Shown one piece after another: positions 1 through 5,398 of a stretch of 56,220 nt of DNA. Source of the stretch: a virus. The stretch is taken from the UHGV virus genome UHGV-0008794. One strand, given 5' to 3'. The notes below the pieces were generated by a model. That model did not search any database. It had not been told where the DNA came from and worked only from the letters and a program-made list of their open reading frames with translations. The position numbers and the translations under genes are program-made. Positions within the stretch are counted from its first letter, which is position 1, and every line of letters starts with the position of its first letter.

Positions 1-74
1 ATGGAGATTTCCTACGTCCCCATTTCATACCAAGGACACCGTAGTGCATTAAATAGTCTGGATATTGGTACATG
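1..74 (-). CDS. MYQYPDYL-family small protein, 5' partial (only N-terminus in window; ATG at 72-74, gene runs off window start)
   Basis: Revcomp of 1-74 translates MYQYPDYLMHYGVLGMKWGRRKSP; nt 15-74 identical to 446-505 and 3483-3542; strong RBS GGAAGGAGGAATC just upstream (75-90). Confidence 0.6.
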
Positions 75-166
75 ATTCCTCCTTCCTATTTAATCTATTT
101 ACTTTTTCGATTTAGGAATTTGATCCAATCGAGATTGTATAATGCTAACTCGCTACGGAGTGTTGT

Positions 167-505
167 TTATAATAATTCAGGACCAGGGTTCTTTTTCTTA
201 TAACTTTTAATAAATTTATCAACATCTTTTGAAGACTTAAAGTTTTGTTTATCCAATTCTGACAATAAAACTTTACCGTAATTAGCTAGAGCCAATTGTG
301 ATTTTCCTTTTCTTATAGCAACACTATCATTAGCCATTTTGCCATAAGAAACGTTCTCTTTTCCAAACGTCTCGAATTTATTAATGTCTCTAGAATACTG
401 GCGCTTAACCTTGGCAACTTTCTTAGCAGCTCGGCGTTCACGTCTACGTCCCCATTTCATACCAAGGACACCGTAGTGCATTAAATAGTCTGGATATTGG
501 TACAT
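167..505 (-). CDS. MYQYPDYL-family small basic protein (112 aa)
   Basis: ORF track; conserved N-terminus MYQYPDYLMHYGVLGMKWGRRR; K/R-rich remainder; upstream CTGAAAATTCAG(AG)7TCAAATC leader instead of canonical SD. Confidence 0.7.
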   Translation of the reverse strand: MYQYPDYLMHYGVLGMKWGRRRERRAAKKVAKVKRQYSRDINKFETFGKENVSYGKMANDSVAIRKGKSQLALANYGKVLLSELDKQNFKSSKDVDKFIKSYKKKNPGPELL

Positions 506-547
506 GATTTGACTCTCTCTCTCTCTGAATTTTCAGGAGAGATTATC

Positions 548-763
548 CTAAACTCTCCAATTATCAGGAAGAATATCAGTTAACTTTAAATCTTTTGCTC
601 GTTTCTTTATCCATTTCTTTACAGCTGGCTTATTAACACCTCTACCATAAGAAGAAATGGCGTTTTTTAAATCAGATTTATTTCGTATAGGATAACCGCC
701 ATCAGACATAGCTTTTCCTTGCTTTGCCAACTTTTCTCGTTCTTCAGAAGAAAACTTAGTCAT
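548..763 (-). CDS. hypothetical small basic protein (71 aa)
   Basis: ORF track; compact spacing to TerL stop; RBS GGAGATAAG upstream. Confidence 0.5.
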   Translation of the reverse strand: MTKFSSEEREKLAKQGKAMSDGGYPIRNKSDLKNAISSYGRGVNKPAVKKWIKKRAKDLKLTDILPDNWRV

Positions 764-773
764 AGCTTATCTC

Positions 774-2519
774 CTATTCAAATGAATCTTTATTAAGTTT
801 ATATGCAATGTAAGCATCCATCATTGCTGCAACCGAGTCGATTTTATCGTCTCTACGCTGTTTTGCAAGCTTTTTGTTACCATTAGTATCTTCAATAGTA
901 ATACAATTACCCATGCAAAATTCCATCAATTCTTCATCAAATAAAAGAAGACGATTCTCAGCCAATTTCTTCAATTCACCTAAAGGAACCGATTCTGTTT
1001 TAGCTCCCTGAATAACTTTTTCTATTCCAAAAGGACCGTTCTCAGTTTGCCATCTCTGAACAAAATCTTTAGCATTATAAGGATCATACCCAAAAGCACA
1101 AACATCATATTCTTTTTCATTTATGAATTGATCGAGATCATCATAGACTTCATTCATATCTAAAGTTACACAATCAAGGACTATCAAAGACCCTTCATTC
1201 ATAAAATCTTCATATTTCAAACGAGTAGCAATAGAAAGTTTATTCATTGTATCAGATGAAATATAGCAACGGGTTTTAACGCCATACCGTTCTTTTGATA
1301 AAGGAAATAAAAAAGTAAAAGCACAGAAGTCATCGCCTTGCGATAAGTCGGCTCCCATAGCACATGGTAATTGCCAAAAATCACGATGACGATGAACTTT
1401 AGTTTCTTCGTAAGTAAAGAAGAATGTAAAACCTTCCATTGGAAGACCAAAACGCTTAGCAAGAATATCGTTACGAGCAGAAGGAACCTTCTCAGCACGT
1501 TCAACATCCAATTGATATGTTTCATAGGTAACGGTTTTACCAATATTTGGAGCAGCCTTCATCCACATTGATGGGTCGGCTACTTCTTGAACACTATCAA
1601 GTTTATAATACCAAATGGAAACATGCGGATTCTCGTATTCGCCTTTTAGAATATCCATAAGTTCCATTTTAATACTGTCGCCAACACCATTACGAACGGT
1701 TCCTTCCGAACTCGTAGCCACAATAAGCCAATCATCTAGTTTAGAAGCGCCTTGTTCTGTTGCACCCACAACATCTTCACGAGTGTTTCCGGATAGCCAT
1801 TCATCGATAGTCGTATACTTAGGTCGACTACCCTGGATCTTATCAATAGACATTGGTCGAGATTCCAAAAGGGAATTCGTAAGAAAGTTTTCAATTCCCT
1901 TTTTTGTTGAAGACAACTTAACTCTATCCGCTTTACTTCCCGTAGTATTCTGAAGAGAACCTTCTGTTAAGAACTTAAATACTGGGCCAAGAGATCTAGC
2001 AATAGCAGTTCTTATTGGTGCCAATACCTCATCTGCTTGAGCAAGCGTTGGTGCCATTGTCATCTGAGTAGTTGTTTCGGTGTCGACTACAAGTCCGTAA
2101 GCTTGAATCGACGATGCATACAAAGACTTGGCACTACCGCGAGAGACGATCAAATATTGTTTATTAATAAGTCGTTTTTTCTTACGTTTAAGAACGTAAC
2201 GACCACCATGACCATCTTCAAAAGGTTCATAAACAGAACGCTCAACGAAATAATACCAACCAAATATCTGTTCGGCCCACAACTTAAATGTATCAAGCAG
2301 ATGAAGAGATGAACCATCGGTTAATGTTAGTTCGTTTTCACAAAACTTAATATAACCTTCAACGGCTTTATCATCGTAATAGTAACGAGGATCTAGAATA
2401 AGATTGTCTATACGATTCATTTCCATTGACACTTCTCGGCATACCGGAATCTCCCCAGCTATAACAGCATCTCGGAATTGCCCGTAATAGATAGGAGTTG
2501 CAGTGTTTGAAAGTGTCAT
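774..2519 (-). CDS. terL: terminase large subunit
   Basis: 584-aa ORF; N-terminal ATPase with Walker-A-like VSRGSAKS; C-terminal acidic nuclease-like region; size typical. Start moved to ATG (M4) with AGGTGA RBS; track M1 is GTG. Confidence 0.75.
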   Translation of the reverse strand: MTLSNTATPIYYGQFRDAVIAGEIPVCREVSMEMNRIDNLILDPRYYYDDKAVEGYIKFCENELTLTDGSSLHLLDTFKLWAEQIFGWYYFVERSVYEPFEDGHGGRYVLKRKKKRLINKQYLIVSRGSAKSLYASSIQAYGLVVDTETTTQMTMAPTLAQADEVLAPIRTAIARSLGPVFKFLTEGSLQNTTGSKADRVKLSSTKKGIENFLTNSLLESRPMSIDKIQGSRPKYTTIDEWLSGNTREDVVGATEQGASKLDDWLIVATSSEGTVRNGVGDSIKMELMDILKGEYENPHVSIWYYKLDSVQEVADPSMWMKAAPNIGKTVTYETYQLDVERAEKVPSARNDILAKRFGLPMEGFTFFFTYEETKVHRHRDFWQLPCAMGADLSQGDDFCAFTFLFPLSKERYGVKTRCYISSDTMNKLSIATRLKYEDFMNEGSLIVLDCVTLDMNEVYDDLDQFINEKEYDVCAFGYDPYNAKDFVQRWQTENGPFGIEKVIQGAKTESVPLGELKKLAENRLLLFDEELMEFCMGNCITIEDTNGNKKLAKQRRDDKIDSVAAMMDAYIAYKLNKDSFE

Positions 2520-2582
2520 GGATTTCACCTACTTCATTATATTTTTTCTCAACTTTTTAATTCCGATTTTACACTACTATTT

Positions 2583-2622
2583 GTCAAGATAGGATTCGAA
2601 CCTATACTCCTTAAGGATTATA
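2583..2622 (-). pseudogene. tRNA-Leu-like 3' fragment (variable arm + T-arm + partial acceptor, no 5' half)
   Basis: minus-sense TCCTTAAGGAGTATAGGTTCGAATCCTATCTTGAC closely mirrors variable-arm/T-arm of the intact tRNA-Leu at 4526-4609; no matching 5' acceptor/D/anticodon arms. Confidence 0.35.
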
Positions 2623-2624
2623 CA

Positions 2625-2996
2625 TTAGATAAACCCTTTGGTTGCAAGAAATACAGCTCCAGCAGTACCAATAGCGCCGCCTGCTACTGTTGCAATAGAT
2701 CCGCGTTTTGACACTTCTTTATTCAATGCGTTTGCATATTTAGCAGTCAATAGTCGGCCATCAGATTTAGCCTTAGATATTACCTGATGATTTTTATTTG
2801 TGTCATGTTTAGCTCCTCCAGCTTTAACATCTTTTCGCCATTGAAGAGCTTCTTCATCAGAAATTCTAGATTCGCTTTTATTAAGACGTTTTGACATTTG
2901 CTTTTTAGACCGACCAATAAGTATCTGTCTACGTCTCTGTCCCCACTTCATGCCTTTAATGCCATGGTGAGCAAGATAATCTGGATATTGGTACAT
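2625..2996 (-). CDS. MYQYPDYL-family paralog with C-terminal glycine-rich TM segment (123 aa)
   Basis: N-terminus MYQYPDYLAHHGIKGMKWGQRRR; C-terminus VAGGAIGTAGAVFLATKGFI hydrophobic; (CT)5 leader upstream. Confidence 0.65.
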   Translation of the reverse strand: MYQYPDYLAHHGIKGMKWGQRRRQILIGRSKKQMSKRLNKSESRISDEEALQWRKDVKAGGAKHDTNKNHQVISKAKSDGRLLTAKYANALNKEVSKRGSIATVAGGAIGTAGAVFLATKGFI

Positions 2997-3020
2997 GATT
3001 TGACTCTCTCTCTGAATGTG

Positions 3021-3542
3021 TTATGCATTAGATAAAAGTTCACCAACGGTAAGACCGGATTTGGTTTTCTTTTTGGCGTATTTACCAAGAATATCGTCTA
3101 CGGATTTTTGCCCAGTATTAACGTAATTATCCCAAGCCTTTCTTTCAGAAATCTCCGACTTTCCACTCGGTATATTTGAAAGGTAATGATCCTCTAAACC
3201 TTCTTGCCATTTTCTATACGACTTACTTCCCTTTTCAAAAGGATTACTTTTATCACGGTCAGCTTGCTTTTTTGCTTTAGCCATACGTCGGTCAAAATCT
3301 TTTTCTGATTTATCAAAAGCTTTAGACCATTTATCACGAGATGATTTTACATTACTCTCATGCCTCGTATATTCGGACGTACCTCGAACAGCAGAATACG
3401 TATCACTAACTTGTTTACTGCGATTGTAAGCTTTATTAGCTACTTTTTTAATATGCTTTGCCGATTTTTTTTGAGCCCTGCGTTGTCCCCATTTCATACC
3501 AAGGACACCGTAGTGCATTAAATAGTCTGGATATTGGTACAT
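3021..3542 (-). CDS. MYQYPDYL-family paralog (173 aa from internal ATG)
   Basis: Track ORF starts earlier (MSVEGGIM..) but GGAAGGAGGAATC RBS directly precedes the MYQYPDYL ATG; first 57 nt identical to other copies. Confidence 0.65.
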   Translation of the reverse strand: MYQYPDYLMHYGVLGMKWGQRRAQKKSAKHIKKVANKAYNRSKQVSDTYSAVRGTSEYTRHESNVKSSRDKWSKAFDKSEKDFDRRMAKAKKQADRDKSNPFEKGSKSYRKWQEGLEDHYLSNIPSGKSEISERKAWDNYVNTGQKSVDDILGKYAKKKTKSGLTVGELLSNA

Positions 3543-3961
3543 GATTCCTCCTTCCACGGACAAGTATCATGCGGTTTACGAACAATAGGATCTGATGGGA
3601 GGAGACTCTGATTACCATAATGAATAGCTTCGTGTGTTTTGTGAGAAACACAAATTACGTTATCCATTGAAAAGATTAACGGATCACGATCTTCGATTTG
3701 TTCGGATGTTATAGGATTAATATGATGGATGATTATTCGCCCAACAATATTATAACCTTCAAGTCCCATATCAAAACCTTGATCACGAATGATTACAAGA
3801 TTGCGAAACGAACGCCATTCTTGCGACCAATACAAAGCTTGGTTAAGATATCGATCAAATCCAAACGTTTCGCTTCCAACACATCCATTCAATTTCAAAT
3901 ACTTAAATCGATCTGTATAGTTCTGGATTTTCATCAACTCAGAATAACTCTTCAATGTCAT
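3518..3961 (-). CDS. HNH homing-type endonuclease
   Basis: HNH signature GLEGYNIVGRIIIHHINPITSEQ...NVICVSHKTHEAIH (His-Asn-His with CxxH); start trimmed to internal ATG (M44) to avoid 150-nt overlap with upstream ORF. Confidence 0.7.
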   Translation of the reverse strand: MTLKSYSELMKIQNYTDRFKYLKLNGCVGSETFGFDRYLNQALYWSQEWRSFRNLVIIRDQGFDMGLEGYNIVGRIIIHHINPITSEQIEDRDPLIFSMDNVICVSHKTHEAIHYGNQSLLPSDPIVRKPHDTCPWKEESCTNIQTI

Positions 3962-4379
3962 TGTCGTCACTTCCACGATAACCACGAAATGCTTTAAGAG
4001 CATCTTCATAAAGTTTAAGGTTATCTTTCTCAGATTCGATCTTCGCGCTCTTTGCTTGAAGAAGTTCGTTTTCACTTTTAAGTTTTTCATTCTCCAATTG
4101 AGTTCGCGTCGAACCGAGTTTAAGATAATGAACTAAAACCGATGGACTTGCAGTGCCATCTAAAATTTGTTTTTCGGCAAGATCGATGGCTGCTGATATA
4201 AGTTGATTCTCTCTTGCTTCAACTGTCAAAGCTGGAGCTCGACGCTTCTTTTTAGCAGTTGCCACCGCTTTTCGCCTCTCTTTCTTGAAATTGTCGCATA
4301 CTTCTATAAAAGAACTTCCGAGCAGAAGACCGCTTTTAATGGGTTTCTTGAAAGGAGAAAAGGAGAACTGGGTCACCAC
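3939..4379 (-). CDS. putative small terminase subunit / DNA-binding packaging protein (basic N-terminal HTH-like region + C-terminal coiled coil)
   Basis: 146 aa; KKKRRAPALTVEARENQLISAAIDLAEK helix-turn-helix-like; leucine-heptad C-terminus; position next to HNH and tRNAs near terL. Confidence 0.3.
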   Translation of the reverse strand: MVTQFSFSPFKKPIKSGLLLGSSFIEVCDNFKKERRKAVATAKKKRRAPALTVEARENQLISAAIDLAEKQILDGTASPSVLVHYLKLGSTRTQLENEKLKSENELLQAKSAKIESEKDNLKLYEDALKAFRGYRGSDDNDIEELF

Positions 4380-4448
4380 TACCAGTTTTTGTTTTTAACT
4401 CGGAAGTTCTTTTATAGAAGTATGAAGGTGTAAACTCCAAAAATATGA

Positions 4449-4524
4449 TTGGTGCGGGGTGACGGATTCGAACCGACAACCAAGAGATTATGAGTCACCT
4501 GCTCCACCCTTGAGCTAACCCCGC
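4449..4524 (-). tRNA. tRNA-Met (anticodon CAT), CCA encoded
   Basis: minus-sense GCGGGGTTAGCTCAAGGGTGGAGCAGGTGACTCATAATCTCTTGGTTGTCGGTTCGAATCCGTCACCCCGCACCA; cloverleaf with anticodon loop CTCATAA. Confidence 0.8.
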
Positions 4525-4525
4525 A

Positions 4526-4609
4526 TTGGTACCTCCGATGGGATTCGAACCCATACTCCTTAAGGAAACGGATTTTAAGTCCGTCGTGTCTGCCGTTCCA
4601 CCACGGAGG
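4526..4609 (-). tRNA. tRNA-Leu (anticodon TAA), long variable arm, CCA encoded
   Basis: minus-sense GCCTCCGTGGTGGAACGG...GGACTTAAAATCCG...TTCCTTAAGGAGTATGGGTTCGAATCCCATCGGAGGTACCA; anticodon loop CTTAAAA. Confidence 0.8.
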
Positions 4610-4631
4610 CGATTATAGGAAGAATCGGTGT

Positions 4632-4994
4632 TTACTTTTGTCGCAACGAATACTTTCTAGTTGAAACGTCGTAAACTACAACATATTTTTCTTGTGCTTT
4701 CTTTATATACGAATTGGTAGTCTTTGCATAATGATTGGCGTATTTTTGAAGTTGTTTTGCATTATCTTGAGCATGTTTGATTTGAGCGTACTTTTGACCA
4801 TACGCAATAGGCCCAGCCTCTCGAGCAGAAGCATCACGTTTTTTTGCTTCTATTTTCCAGGCATTGGCCTTTTGTTGATACCGGTCTGCTTTCTTAGCCT
4901 TACGATTTAATCGTGAAGTTATAACCTTTTTACGTACACCCCATTTCATGCCTGGGATACCGTAGTGCATTAAGTGGTCTGGATATTGATACAT
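4632..4994 (-). CDS. MYQYPDYL-family paralog (120 aa)
   Basis: N-terminus MYQYPDHLMHYGIPGMKWGVRKK (diverged at a few nt); (CT)7 leader upstream. Confidence 0.65.
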   Translation of the reverse strand: MYQYPDHLMHYGIPGMKWGVRKKVITSRLNRKAKKADRYQQKANAWKIEAKKRDASAREAGPIAYGQKYAQIKHAQDNAKQLQKYANHYAKTTNSYIKKAQEKYVVVYDVSTRKYSLRQK

Positions 4995-5152
4995 GATTTG
5001 ACTCTCTCTCTCTCTGAATTTTCAGAGGAAAACCCTATCTCTAAATTCAAAATTCCATTTTGACCCCCGGAGAATTTTTGAAGACCCGCGCGATGAAGGG
5101 AGGGGGTATTTTTTGCGAAACCACCTCTCCCCCCACCTTTGAATAAGATATA

Positions 5153-5386
5153 TTATTCATCAGTAACTTTTTTATAGAAACCATCTGGATTCATTTGAAT
5201 GATTTCATCAATTGCATCTTCGACAGCTTGGTCTTGGGCTAAGTTGCCTAAGTCATTTGAAGTTATCGCAATCCTTGCTAAGTAACCTGATGTACAGTAG
5301 CCTTTTGATTCATCATAATTATACCATTCATCAAACTCTGTAATAGGATTGAAAGGATTATCGACAGTTGTTAGCATCACAGTCAT
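5153..5386 (-). CDS. small acidic hypothetical protein (77 aa), last gene of replication/RNAP operon
   Basis: ORF track; D/E-rich; tightly follows the RNAP-like gene. Confidence 0.5.
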   Translation of the reverse strand: MTVMLTTVDNPFNPITEFDEWYNYDESKGYCTSGYLARIAITSNDLGNLAQDQAVEDAIDEIIQMNPDGFYKKVTDE

Positions 5387-5398
5387 GTCTCATCCTTT

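Noticed and set aside
136-150. Extended -10 (TGTATAATG) on the plus strand near 140
   Set aside because: No plus-strand gene downstream; likely chance occurrence in AT-rich DNA.
1244-4433. Plus-strand ORFs in the track (e.g. 1371-1571, 1615-1953, 2037-2312, 3698-3997, 4203-4433) and all other plus-strand ORFs throughout the window
   Set aside because: Each lies antisense inside a well-supported minus-strand gene, has no RBS and has a low-complexity, codon-mirror composition. The genome appears entirely minus-strand coding.
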